A DNA stretch of 64,000 nucleotides from Candidatus Nomurabacteria bacterium (GCA_023267195.1 JAHFNT010000003.1:10841-74840); one strand, 5' to 3'. Counted from the stretch's first letter, positions 39,501-48,979 are shown. Notes: generated by a model not told the origin, from the sequence alone. Numbers and translations are program-made.

Positions 39501-42500
39501 GTAAATACTCAAAAATCTTACAATATAACTTACGGGATTTTGACTTCCTCCACCGATGAACGAGGCAAGGTTACAACTTACTCTTATGATTCTTATAATC
39601 TATACCCAATTTCAGTAACTAATCCTGCCCTGCAGATAGTACGATATCTTTATGATTATTCTCTCGGCAAACCAAAACAATTGATTGATCAAAACAGCTT
39701 CACTTATCAAACAATTTTTGATGGACTGGATAGAGTATTGCAAGAAAAAGTTCCGGACTTATCTTCACCTGATACTTTAGTAGTCAAAACAGCCTACACC
39801 TATGCTGACACCTCTCTCGCGGTAGGTGTTTTGAAAACAGATTATTTAGATAGCACAAATTCTGTAAATACCTACCAATATTTTGACGGCCTGAATCGTT
39901 TGATCCAAGAACGCAAAGAGGCCGAGCAGAGCAACTCCTACAATACTCGCGATATTGTGTACAATAATTTCGGTTTAATCCAAAAAGAATCTTTACCTTA
40001 TGCGTCAAATGGGTATGCCAGGACAAATCCAACTACCGACAATGCCCTTTACACTTCCTATTCTTATGACGCGCAAAAGAGAATCAGCAATGTCGCAAAT
40101 GCAGTGGGTAACACCTCGACCAATTACGATGACTGGAAAACTTCCATTACTGATCCGAATGGTAAAATCAAACATTTCTTGAGCGATGGGTATGATAATC
40201 TAGTAAAGGTGGAGGAAATAAATGCTGGCAATACTTACAACACTTACTACGAATGGGATGGTAACAAATTTCTGACTAAAATCACCGATGCTCTCGCCAA
40301 TGTTCGCAATTTCACTTACGACGGGCTGGGCAGGAGGCTCACTGCAGAAGATTTGCATGCCATGGGAGACAGTACTTATGGCACTTGGGCTTATACCTAT
40401 GACGATGCAGGCAATCTGACGCGAAGTATAAGCCCAGAAACAAAAATTATAAATTATTCTTATGACGACATTAATAGATTGCAAACTGAAGATTATGTGG
40501 GAGGTAGCGGAATGGAAATATCCTATGTTTATGATAATTGCACAAACGGCATAGGAAAATTATGCTCTTCAACAGTTTTGGGCGGAGGAGACAATGTCTA
40601 CACTTATGATAGTGTAGGTAATATTGCTTCTGATCAAGCCACTATCAACGAAAATATTTATCTCACGTCGTATTCATACGATCGACAAAATAATTTGTCA
40701 CTCATAACCTATCCAGATAATGCACAAGTGAAATATATCTACAATGCTGCCGGCTTGCTTGAAAAAGTTGAAAGAAAAGAAAATAGTGGAACATTTGTAG
40801 ATGTAATTTCAAATTTTGATTATAATCCAACAGAACAAGTGGCCGTGCAAGCAGATGCAAATGGCATCACTACGACAAATACTTATGATTCAGGAAAATT
40901 ATACCGTTTGACAAATAAGAAAACTTTGAATTCTACCCCCATTTCTCCTTGGAAAGATCCTAACCCCGCTATCACCCCCATAGATCCATATGTAACAAAT
41001 TTTGGGAACATAAATATTACCCCTAAAACAAATCTATCGATTGCCTTGCAAGATTTATCTTATATTTATGATAATGTCGGTAATATTATTAAAATCATTG
41101 ATTCATCAAATACTACCACTGCCAAAACTGCTGATTATGTCTACGACGATCTATACCGCTTAGTTTCTGCTACTATCACTGGCGTACCATCTCCCCAAAC
41201 TCCCTACATTCAAACCTTCACCTATGACGCTATTGGTAACATCACTTCCGGCCCGCTTGGCACTTATCTTTATCAAGGTAACACCGGAGTAAACTACGCC
41301 AACCCCCACGCTACCACCTCTATTGGTGGAGTAGAACAAACTTACGACAAAGATGGCAATCTAATTTCTGCTGGAGATATTACTTACTCTTGGAATTACA
41401 AAGGGAAACTTGCTGAAACTCTTTCAGTATACAACTATTACAACGCCAAAGGAGACAGAGTACAAACCAATGCTTTCTCTTCTATCAATACCTATTATCC
41501 CAATAAATTCTATAGCACCTCCTGCCCCAATTGTTCCGACAGGCAACCTCCAGATCAAGAACGTCAAATCAAATTAACCAAACAAATCTACATTGGAGAT
41601 ACACTGGTAGCCACCACTGAAACTCTAAGCGCCGTTGTCACCCCATATTATGATCACACCGATCAATTAGGTTCCATTACCATTGTCTCTGATGCCAACA
41701 AGAATATTGCGCAAACTTTAGATTACTATCCTTATGGCAAGAAAAGAGTCGTTGCCCCTCCTGGAGACTATGATTCACAGCGCCAATACATCGGACAAAT
41801 CTATGATCTAGATACTGGACTAAACTATCTAAATGCGAGATACTATGATGGAAACAAGGGGCAGTTTATTTCGCAGGATCCGATGTTTTGGAACTTTGAC
41901 AATTCCTGGTTGCTTGATCCACAGAACATGAATGCGTATAGCTATGCAAGGGGGAATCCGATGAATAGGTCGGATCCGGGTGGTATGGCTAGTAAAGAAT
42001 TTAATTTTCCTACGTTTACGATGATAAAATCGTTTTTCAATTCTTTGGTGGGGAAAACAAATACGCAGAGGGAGACAACGCAAATTCCATTTATAAATCA
42101 AAATAATTCTCAAAAAAAGACCGACAATTCTGGCCAAAATAAAAATACTTCTGGTTATATAAGAAGCAATGATGTTAATATCACCTTTAGCCCGGGAGCT
42201 GATAATGTTGTTAACCAAAAAATGGTTGATGGATATAAAAATGTATTTAAAGAAGCAGGACATTATGGTATAATTTCTGTTAATTTTTATTCAACCACAA
42301 ACCATGTATCAGAACCACCCGGCAGTTTTTCTTGGCATGACTTTGCGCTTGCTGGTGATATTAATATGGTCAATGGCATGAAAGCAACCGAAGATAATTT
42401 TTATGCAAAAACTTTGCAGGAAGTTATAAACCGGACACAAGGAGTAAGAGAGAATTTTGGTCCATTTATGATTACACATTCCAGTAAAATATATTCTCAA

Positions 42501-42563
42501 GAAGAATATTCAAGGTTAAGCAAACAGCACCAAGATCATCTTCATACTTCTTTTAATCAATGA
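36531..42563 (+). CDS. RHS/YD-repeat polymorphic toxin, Tc-toxin TcB-TcC fusion-like (SpvB N-domain + FG-GAP propeller + RHS shell + variable C-terminal toxin domain)
   Basis: 2010 aa; signal peptide; SpvB-type N-domain (GGLAYSYPLNIPPGRNGFNPNLTLQYSS); six FG-GAP/VCBS-like DxNxDGxxD repeats; many YD repeats (YSYDSYGNL, YTYDDAGNL, YVYDDLYRL); RHS core end RYYDGNKGQFISQDP...YSYARGNPMNRSDPGG; ~190-aa C-terminal domain with H-x6-D and HxH. Confidence 0.85.
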   Translation: MQSGQATTLSGTYSKVTFLHKLLAFSLAFLFLVVPLAPVWAEKVTEDPSAISKVESTTTEPEIVTENSEDADVSTKVDMDKQPPAPQSFTVNNISGDNRDKPNLSFPQVDQASGGLAYSYPLNIPPGRNGFNPNLTLQYSSQDTDQASVFGYGWSINIPYIKRLNKTGVEKLYTTNYFTSSLSGELVNVSGSTYAPKVENGDFLKYNYDGTSWIVTDKKGTVYKFGTSTPARQDDTTGTKIYKWMLEEARDTNNNFIKYEYYKDTGQIYPETIKYTGNDTTNGVFSVSLIRSGRNDNITQNSTLFSITTNYKISEIQTITNGTWNKKYILGYSNGDNGYKSLITSITESGQDENANVVTLPPVQFTYQVATTPGSDFVSDFAWSNPVSPTISTNPSYGAVVADVNSDGLPDIMESYRSSGTLIWYKGTYLNNGNGTWTQNPNLEPPTIFGDNNPVTEQGIRAVDLNADGFVDLVQSSGSLSKVYINTGTSWVLNNNWIPKCAFASPIYGDIGCRLDDINGDDLPDFFIARGDNTGNPPINTEVYLNNGNGWSENPEPGWSIPADLRFGTVPVDYNGDGLLDFLQGYKNTLSNPTVEIKKAYKNNGDKTWSLDGAYTSPVIFATQTNLASLPFTTGALVADVNGDGLVDILHGTETTDGGHLNKGTGWSFTPNWDFGHGSIPIEAPLRARLGDFDGDGMIDYYESGSGSATFSKNQNIKADLIKTIKNQYGGISTITYKGSTQYKNGNSLANPNLPFNIITVSSISSNPSLGGTSVVKNYTYEQGDYYYNTILDRKYAGFGKIIDLDSSGAKTASYFHQGNETNSSLGEYDDHPSKIGKIYRTEIRDSSGNLYESVINKWEKQNLGPGRDFAKLARTMVMSFDGNSDNRSKAEEYSYDSYGNLTQKISWGEVIGATDGTFTDLGNDKFTENISYVSNTGNYVVGLPSQDIVLDQNSDKVRETKMYYDGLAFGSVGTGNETKLEKWKSGSSYVNTQKSYNITYGILTSSTDERGKVTTYSYDSYNLYPISVTNPALQIVRYLYDYSLGKPKQLIDQNSFTYQTIFDGLDRVLQEKVPDLSSPDTLVVKTAYTYADTSLAVGVLKTDYLDSTNSVNTYQYFDGLNRLIQERKEAEQSNSYNTRDIVYNNFGLIQKESLPYASNGYARTNPTTDNALYTSYSYDAQKRISNVANAVGNTSTNYDDWKTSITDPNGKIKHFLSDGYDNLVKVEEINAGNTYNTYYEWDGNKFLTKITDALANVRNFTYDGLGRRLTAEDLHAMGDSTYGTWAYTYDDAGNLTRSISPETKIINYSYDDINRLQTEDYVGGSGMEISYVYDNCTNGIGKLCSSTVLGGGDNVYTYDSVGNIASDQATINENIYLTSYSYDRQNNLSLITYPDNAQVKYIYNAAGLLEKVERKENSGTFVDVISNFDYNPTEQVAVQADANGITTTNTYDSGKLYRLTNKKTLNSTPISPWKDPNPAITPIDPYVTNFGNINITPKTNLSIALQDLSYIYDNVGNIIKIIDSSNTTTAKTADYVYDDLYRLVSATITGVPSPQTPYIQTFTYDAIGNITSGPLGTYLYQGNTGVNYANPHATTSIGGVEQTYDKDGNLISAGDITYSWNYKGKLAETLSVYNYYNAKGDRVQTNAFSSINTYYPNKFYSTSCPNCSDRQPPDQERQIKLTKQIYIGDTLVATTETLSAVVTPYYDHTDQLGSITIVSDANKNIAQTLDYYPYGKKRVVAPPGDYDSQRQYIGQIYDLDTGLNYLNARYYDGNKGQFISQDPMFWNFDNSWLLDPQNMNAYSYARGNPMNRSDPGGMASKEFNFPTFTMIKSFFNSLVGKTNTQRETTQIPFINQNNSQKKTDNSGQNKNTSGYIRSNDVNITFSPGADNVVNQKMVDGYKNVFKEAGHYGIISVNFYSTTNHVSEPPGSFSWHDFALAGDINMVNGMKATEDNFYAKTLQEVINRTQGVRENFGPFMITHSSKIYSQEEYSRLSKQHQDHLHTSFNQ

Positions 42564-42576
42564 TTATAAAAAATTT

Positions 42577-43020
42577 ATGAAAAAAATAGGGAAAATCATT
42601 ATACTTACTGGTATTGTATTAATAACATTTTTTATATTCTATAAAAATACATCCCGTATAGTATTAGGAACCTTTTTAGAAGTTCCAGAAAATTTGATGG
42701 ATTCCGGTTGTACTTTTTATTGGAGCCAAGAAGATAGTGTTAATAAAAAATATGCTTTTGTATCTACCTTTGGATCCAATAAAGATTTAACTCCAAATGC
42801 TTTGATTGTTATCAACAATAATCCAGAAAAATTAAACGAAACAAATTCAGGTAGCAACAATTTATATAAATATTCAAATAGTAAATTTGATGTCGTAATA
42901 AAAATTACAAGCAGTATTCCGTCTGGCAACGAAGGCTCCTCTGAAAAAGGTATTTTAACTGTTGAGGATAAAAGTGGGAAAAGTACTTCAAAGGAAGTGA
43001 CGGGATATTGTGGAACCTAG
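42577..43020 (+). CDS. candidate cognate immunity protein (membrane-anchored, periplasmic-facing)
   Basis: 147 aa; 13 nt after toxin stop; N-terminal signal-anchor MKKIGKIIILTGIVLITFFIF then soluble domain. Confidence 0.4.
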   Translation: MKKIGKIIILTGIVLITFFIFYKNTSRIVLGTFLEVPENLMDSGCTFYWSQEDSVNKKYAFVSTFGSNKDLTPNALIVINNNPEKLNETNSGSNNLYKYSNSKFDVVIKITSSIPSGNEGSSEKGILTVEDKSGKSTSKEVTGYCGT

Positions 43021-43057
43021 GTAAAAATAAAAGCGAATACTTTTTATCAAAAATTAA

Positions 43058-43936
43058 ATGAAGGATAAATTAATACAATTAAAAAATTCAAAATTATTTA
43101 ATGTATTAATTGTTATTTTTGTGTTTATTTTTGTTGGTTTTTTGTTAGTTAATCAGCAAAATCTTAAAGTAAAAGGTATTGATGAAAAAGTTGCCGCGAT
43201 TGAAAAAGACAATAGTCTTAGAAAAAGAACATTCACGAATGACCAATTTATTGAAATTGACTCGGTAACAGATAATGGCCAAGAGCTAATTGTATATTAT
43301 AAAGATAATCAAATTAAAAAATTGGAATATTCATTGGGGCTTTCTTTTGGCGTAAAAAAATTGGCTTCTTATTTTGACACAGGAAAAGTATTTTATGTTC
43401 ATGAAACAGAACAGGACTTTCCTGTACTAAATAACGCTGAGGGACTTAATTATGAAAAACTAAATCTTGCCTTCGAGGGATGGTATTACTTTGATAACAA
43501 TAAACTAATAAAGCAAAAAACCATTGGGAAGAAAAGATTTGAAGATGATAACAAGATAGATGCTGTACTGAAACTTTCGGCTGGAGCAGAAGAAAGTCTA
43601 AAATTGTTATTAGATAATGAGAATAAATCTAAAGAAGAAAAACTCTCATCCTGTTTAATGTTATTAGAGCAAGTCAATGCATCATTAATCGATGAAAGCG
43701 AATGGGAGGCAGTAGAAATAGATAAAGTTAATGAGGAAAAGGTGTCTCTTAATAACTTGGCAGCAAAAAAGTTTCAGGAGGCATCTAGGAATAAGGAAGA
43801 AATTCAAGCAAATTATGGACCCTTCATCATGGAAAAAACTAAGACCAGAGGAGGTGAGATTATACAAGAAACTAATCCTGAGTTGATAAAATGTGCTCAA
43901 GACAGAATTATTATATCAATTTGGCAACCTAAATAA
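43058..43936 (+). CDS. hypothetical membrane-anchored protein
   Basis: 292 aa; single N-terminal TM; same strand in toxin/immunity neighbourhood. Confidence 0.4.
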   Translation: MKDKLIQLKNSKLFNVLIVIFVFIFVGFLLVNQQNLKVKGIDEKVAAIEKDNSLRKRTFTNDQFIEIDSVTDNGQELIVYYKDNQIKKLEYSLGLSFGVKKLASYFDTGKVFYVHETEQDFPVLNNAEGLNYEKLNLAFEGWYYFDNNKLIKQKTIGKKRFEDDNKIDAVLKLSAGAEESLKLLLDNENKSKEEKLSSCLMLLEQVNASLIDESEWEAVEIDKVNEEKVSLNNLAAKKFQEASRNKEEIQANYGPFIMEKTKTRGGEIIQETNPELIKCAQDRIIISIWQPK

Positions 43937-44078
43937 TGCAAAAGACAGCTGATAAAGCAAATCAGGTAAAAAATTATGTTAAAAATTTTGTTAGATCTAT
44001 TACTAATTAATGAATACTATATATGGAACAGAAAACAATAAATGTATGGGTGGTTAGGTTTATTAAAAATATAGTTAA

Positions 44079-44432
44079 AATTTTTATTGGGGGAGGAGGA
44101 GTCGCGATAATTCTTGCAATGTTGCTGGAATATTTTTTGCTTATTCAGAAGGATTAGGGTGGAGTAATGGATTACAGGATTACTTATTCGCCTTTTATCT
44201 TATTGGTATCACTTCAATTTTTACTTCTGCTATTTTTGCTTCATCTTTTTTTATAGTTACACTAAATAAGCAGGATGCAAAGTGGTATATCCTCGCAGTT
44301 TTGTCTGGTTTCTTTAATTTCCTATTCTATTTTATCCTTAAGGATTTAACTTCAGGGTTAAAAGGCATAATCATGCTGTTCGTTATTGGATTAGTAGTAA
44401 ATATTATCTCATTCCGGAGAAGTGTAATATAA
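44079..44432 (+). pseudogene. start-less open frame encoding multi-TM membrane-protein fragment (possible decayed immunity/orphan gene)
   Basis: 118 sense codons after a TAA with no ATG/GTG/TTG at its 5' end; encodes hydrophobic helices (LFAFYLIGITSIFTSAIFASSFFIV); surrounding 1.1 kb lacks intact ORFs. Confidence 0.25.
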
Positions 44433-44539
44433 TCCATGTAGAAACAATAGTGGCTATCCCCGTTATTCTTTCAGTTTGGTCATTTTTGGACAAAAAAATT
44501 ACAAAAACTAAGGAAAATTAATAACATAATTATAACATA

Positions 44540-44902
44540 ATGGACATATTTATATTCTTTGGTTTCGTGTTGTTTATGGTGGGTATTATTTTAATGTTTT
44601 ATTTCCCACCAATGAGAAAAATTGAAGTAAAGTATTGGGTGAGTATAGTCATATCTTTAATATGTCTACTAGAGATTATTGGTGTTTCAACTTCTTCTGA
44701 TGATCTATATGCCATTTTTATGTATCAAATTATAACTGCCCCCTTAGGCATCATTTCTTTTCTGGTTTCACTTATTATTCAGAGAATGGAAAAAAGTAAA
44801 GAAAAATGGAAAACATATACTACAATAGGAGGAATTATATTAGGACTAATTACTGCCATATTGCCAATAGTCTTATTCAAGATGGGTATGATGCTCAGAT
44901 AA
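44540..44902 (+). CDS. small 4-TM membrane protein, hypothetical
   Basis: 120 aa, four hydrophobic helices. Confidence 0.35.
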   Translation: MDIFIFFGFVLFMVGIILMFYFPPMRKIEVKYWVSIVISLICLLEIIGVSTSSDDLYAIFMYQIITAPLGIISFLVSLIIQRMEKSKEKWKTYTTIGGIILGLITAILPIVLFKMGMMLR

Positions 44903-45107
44903 ATACCGTTTTTGATAAATAAAGATAGATAGGCGCAGCCACCATTTCTACTCTCCCCATTCTGGTTTTCTAATACCCAATTTTTCTTTTACAAAAAAGT
45001 CTACTCCATCTGATAAAACTTTCCCCCAACCTCCCTGCCTGAATGCTCCTTCACTCAAAATTTTTACAATTCCCAATTTAAAATTTTTGCGGTATAATTA
45101 ACCAACA

Positions 45108-45737
45108 ATGCCATTCAATTTCAGTTTTGAAGATGCGAAGGTTGTTTTAGGTATCGTCGCTGGAATTATTGCCTTGTTTGCTTATATAGTTTATGTAATA
45201 TCTATATTTCGGGGTGGTTCAAAACCAAACCGCGCCACTTGGTGGATCTGGGCTTTTATGGGCTTAGTGCTAGCGCTAAGTTATCAATTTTCTGGTGCTG
45301 GAAATACTATCTGGGTACCATACGTTGAATTTTTAGGACCATTCACCATCGCACTGCTATCTTTAAAATATGGAGAGGGTGGATTGAGTGATAAAACAGA
45401 TTTGTTTTGTCTGTTTGGCGCAATTTTCAGCGTCATACTTTGGATTATTTTTGATAATCCGACAATCGCGTTAGTAACAAATCTAGCTATTGATTCTTTT
45501 GCCATAGTTCCAACAATTAAGAAATCGTATTTGCGTCCAGAGGGAGAAGATTTTTGGGCATGGTTTGGCACTGGCGTGGCAGATAGCCTCAATATGTTCG
45601 CGGTTGAGAAATTTACTTTTGCAATACTTGTATACCCTATCTATATGCTTGTTTCTGATCTTATAATAATTTTTATACTTCTTTTACGAAAAAAAGGTAT
45701 AATGAAAGACGTAAGTTTTCTCACCAAGCATGATTAA
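45108..45737 (+). CDS. polytopic membrane protein, hypothetical
   Basis: 209 aa, ~6 TM helices; 3 nt before SET-domain gene. Confidence 0.4.
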   Translation: MPFNFSFEDAKVVLGIVAGIIALFAYIVYVISIFRGGSKPNRATWWIWAFMGLVLALSYQFSGAGNTIWVPYVEFLGPFTIALLSLKYGEGGLSDKTDLFCLFGAIFSVILWIIFDNPTIALVTNLAIDSFAIVPTIKKSYLRPEGEDFWAWFGTGVADSLNMFAVEKFTFAILVYPIYMLVSDLIIIFILLLRKKGIMKDVSFLTKHD

Positions 45738-45740
45738 TTT

Positions 45741-46283
45741 ATGAAAATATATATCGGGAAAAGTAAGCTAGATGGAAAAGGATTGTTTGCGGCAAGAAAA
45801 ATAAAAAAGGGAGAAATTGTTTTTATAATAAAAGGAAAAAAGGTTAAATTTTTAATAGATGGTGAAAAACAAGCTAGAATTGCTGGATTGAATTGGGTTG
45901 GCATAGGAAAAAATGAATGGATAGATCCCATTAATCATTGTATTTACTTTAACCACTCCTGTAATCCAAATTCAGGGATAAAAGGAACAGTTACAGTGGT
46001 AGCACTTCGAGACATAAAGAAAAACGAAGAAGTAACTTTTGACTACTCTTTGGATGAAGCAGATATTTTTTGGCATTTAAAATGTAATTGTAATAACACA
46101 AATTGCAGAAAAATAATTAGATCGATACAATTTTTACCCCACAAAATTTTTAACCAACGTATAAATTCTATACCAAAATACTTTCAACAAGTCTATAAAA
46201 AATATAAGATATCTAATTTTGCAAACGAGCAAGAACTTCAGGAAAAGTGGGTAAATTTTCTTAAAAAAGATTTTAATGTATAA
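45741..46283 (+). CDS. SET-domain protein (putative protein lysine methyltransferase)
   Basis: 180 aa; GKGLFA...GE.V N-SET region, NHSCNPN, EEVTFDY, post-SET Cys cluster CNCNNTNC. Confidence 0.7.
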   Translation: MKIYIGKSKLDGKGLFAARKIKKGEIVFIIKGKKVKFLIDGEKQARIAGLNWVGIGKNEWIDPINHCIYFNHSCNPNSGIKGTVTVVALRDIKKNEEVTFDYSLDEADIFWHLKCNCNNTNCRKIIRSIQFLPHKIFNQRINSIPKYFQQVYKKYKISNFANEQELQEKWVNFLKKDFNV

Positions 46284-46448
46284 TATGTATTGTATGATTA
46301 ATAAGGGGTCTAAAATTTTTTTCACAATCTTTTTTATTCTCGTAATAAGTTCAGTTATATTTACCTATTATCGATATGTAGTATTAAAAGATTTTGACTT
46401 TTTTACCGACAAAGAGGCTTTTGATGCTTCACTATCCGAAGAATAAAT

Positions 46449-48104
46449 ATGGAAACCTCCATTCAAACATTTATAGACATGTGCCAATGGGATACTACAA
46501 AGTTTTTAATCTTTTCAAATAATGTTTTTGGTATGTTAATATACTATTCCCATCTTTCTGCTCTAGTTTTATCGCTAGCAATTGGCATTTTTATATTTTT
46601 TAGGGATAAAAAATCACTTATTAACAAACTACTTTTTTTTATAACACTAACATTTTCATTGTGGGTGTTTCTTGACTTGTTTTTGTGGGCTAATGAAAAA
46701 CCTGATTTACAAATGTTTGCCTGGTCGATGATCATATTGGTGGAACTCTTAATATATATATTAAGCCTTTATTTTATAGATGTTTTTATAAACAAACAAG
46801 ATATAAGTCTTAAAAAAAAATTTGGGATATTTTTACCATTATTACCAGTAATAATTTTACTCCCTACCAAGTTTTTATTACAAGGTTTTGATCTAACTAA
46901 CTGCTACAGAGACACATCTGAAGGATTTTTAGCTATATATTACGTATATCTAATAGAAATATTCTATGCTTTTTGGATATTATTATTTTTGTTTAAAGAA
47001 TATAAGAAGGCGTTACCAGATATAAAAAAACAGATAATACTTATATCAACAGGAATAATTTTGTTTCTAATCAGTTTTGTTTCAGGAAATATTATAGGAA
47101 GCTTGACGGACAGTTGGACTACGGCGCAGATTGGCCTTTTTGGTATGCCGATTTTTGTTGGGTTTTTGGCATACATGATCGTAAAATTTAAAACTTTCAA
47201 TATAAAAATGATCGGGGCGCAGGCACTTGTTTTTGCTTTGGGGTTTTCTGTGCTTGGAATTATTTTTATTAGAACGGTTGAAAATGTGCGTCTTGTAGCA
47301 ATTGCCACCTTACTTCTAATAATTATAGTTGGATACCTTCTCATAAAAGGGGTCAAACGGGAAGTTGCGCAGAAAGAGCAACTGGCAGCGCTGAATGAGA
47401 GTTTGAAGAATTTGATCAAGCAAAGGGAGAGCTTGGTGCACCTTATTACCCATAAAGTTAAAGGATCTTTCACTCGCACAAAGTTTCTTTTTGCTGGAAT
47501 GCTCGATGGCACTTTTGGAGAAATATCGCCGGAGATCAGAAAAAGAGCAGAGCAAGGTCTAGAATTTGACAATGGAGGAATACAGACAGTTGATCTCGTG
47601 TTAAACGCCGCCAATCTGGAAAATGGCATTATTAAATACGATATGAAAAAGGTTAATTTCAAAGATGTGGTCAGTGAGACCATCAATGATAAAAAGTTGG
47701 CCGCCGAGGCAAAGAGTCTGCAGATAGAAACAAAAATGGAAGATGGATTTTACAATGTGGAAGGCGATGCTTTTTGGTTGAAAGAAGTAGTAAATAATTT
47801 AATTGATAATTCAATAAAATATACCAGGGAGGGCAAGATCCTGGTGGAGCTCAAAGATGGAGATGGAAAAGTGAGGCTTTCTATTACCGATACCGGCATC
47901 GGCATCACCGAAGAAGATAAGACAAATCTGTTTAAAGAAGGTGGCCGGGGGAAAGATTCCGTCAAGATAAACGTGGATTCGACCGGCTATGGACTCTATA
48001 CAGTTAAATTGGTCGTAGAAGCACATAAAGGCCGCGTCTGGGCCGAATCTGAAGGATCGAATAAAGGCTCCAAATTCTTTGTAGAATTGCCAGCGATAAA
48101 ATAA
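46449..48104 (+). CDS. sensor histidine kinase with ~8-TM N-terminal sensor domain (orphan)
   Basis: 551 aa; phospho-acceptor HKVKGSF; HATPase_c N/G1/G2 boxes (NLIDNSIKYT, DTGIGI, GYGLY); no adjacent response regulator. Confidence 0.8.
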   Translation: METSIQTFIDMCQWDTTKFLIFSNNVFGMLIYYSHLSALVLSLAIGIFIFFRDKKSLINKLLFFITLTFSLWVFLDLFLWANEKPDLQMFAWSMIILVELLIYILSLYFIDVFINKQDISLKKKFGIFLPLLPVIILLPTKFLLQGFDLTNCYRDTSEGFLAIYYVYLIEIFYAFWILLFLFKEYKKALPDIKKQIILISTGIILFLISFVSGNIIGSLTDSWTTAQIGLFGMPIFVGFLAYMIVKFKTFNIKMIGAQALVFALGFSVLGIIFIRTVENVRLVAIATLLLIIIVGYLLIKGVKREVAQKEQLAALNESLKNLIKQRESLVHLITHKVKGSFTRTKFLFAGMLDGTFGEISPEIRKRAEQGLEFDNGGIQTVDLVLNAANLENGIIKYDMKKVNFKDVVSETINDKKLAAEAKSLQIETKMEDGFYNVEGDAFWLKEVVNNLIDNSIKYTREGKILVELKDGDGKVRLSITDTGIGITEEDKTNLFKEGGRGKDSVKINVDSTGYGLYTVKLVVEAHKGRVWAESEGSNKGSKFFVELPAIK

Positions 48105-48106
48105 AT

Positions 48107-48979
48107 CTATTTCTTCTTCTGGCTTCCTGTCAAACGCAGCATTATTTCGTGTGCGGTGTTGGCTGAGTTGGTGATGAGTACAGAATTTTCATCTGTAAAA
48201 ATATACATCAATACTATTTTCCCGTCTTTATCATAGAGGATACGCGCGTTCTTATTTTCTACTATCCCATCCTCAAAATCTTTCGTGAAGAGGTAATTGG
48301 TGCTACTAGACAGATTGACATTCACTAAACCCCCAATGTCAGAGAGCATTTTCCCTTCCCACTCGCGCAAAGCATTAAAAATATCTGCAGTTGAACGAAC
48401 TTTTATTAAAACAAAGAATCCATTTGGCTCCTCCGCCAAAGAATCAGGCTTATTATTTACTACACCCATCAGAAAATTATCACTTACTAGAAAAGTGTCT
48501 TTAGCCAAAGAAAGCCTTGCCTTGATAAGGGAAATAAATTCCCGCAGTCCGATGATACGTTTATTTTTCGTAAGGTAAATGCCTTCCAGTCCGCCAGTTT
48601 TTACCGAGGTATTATTTACTTGATTCAGAATAGTTTGCACTATTTCTTCTTTCTTCAGCCCCAAAACTTCAAAATACGAAATTTTGTCGTTAAAAATAAT
48701 TGGGGTAAACTGTTGCTCTACTGGAATTGAGTTATCTTTTTTATTAAAAGATAAAAAAGATATAATTGCCAAACCTGAAATTATCAGCAAAATGCTAACT
48801 GCCACAAAAACTTTATTCTTCTTTGATTCGGGCGATAAATTCCTTTTTTCCGCTTCGTGCTGTTCTTCCCCATGAATTATTTTTTTAACCAAACCCGCTG
48901 TATCATTTTCAAGAATCTTCGCCATATCCTCGGCATAAGTTTCAGCAATTATATTTTTTATTTTTTTATCTTGCTCCAT
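48107..48979 (-). CDS. hypothetical membrane-anchored protein
   Basis: 290 aa; one TM (VFVAVSILLIISGLAIISFLSF); stop 3 nt from HK stop (convergent), start overlaps pnp stop. Confidence 0.4.
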   Translation of the reverse strand: MEQDKKIKNIIAETYAEDMAKILENDTAGLVKKIIHGEEQHEAEKRNLSPESKKNKVFVAVSILLIISGLAIISFLSFNKKDNSIPVEQQFTPIIFNDKISYFEVLGLKKEEIVQTILNQVNNTSVKTGGLEGIYLTKNKRIIGLREFISLIKARLSLAKDTFLVSDNFLMGVVNNKPDSLAEEPNGFFVLIKVRSTADIFNALREWEGKMLSDIGGLVNVNLSSSTNYLFTKDFEDGIVENKNARILYDKDGKIVLMYIFTDENSVLITNSANTAHEIMLRLTGSQKKK

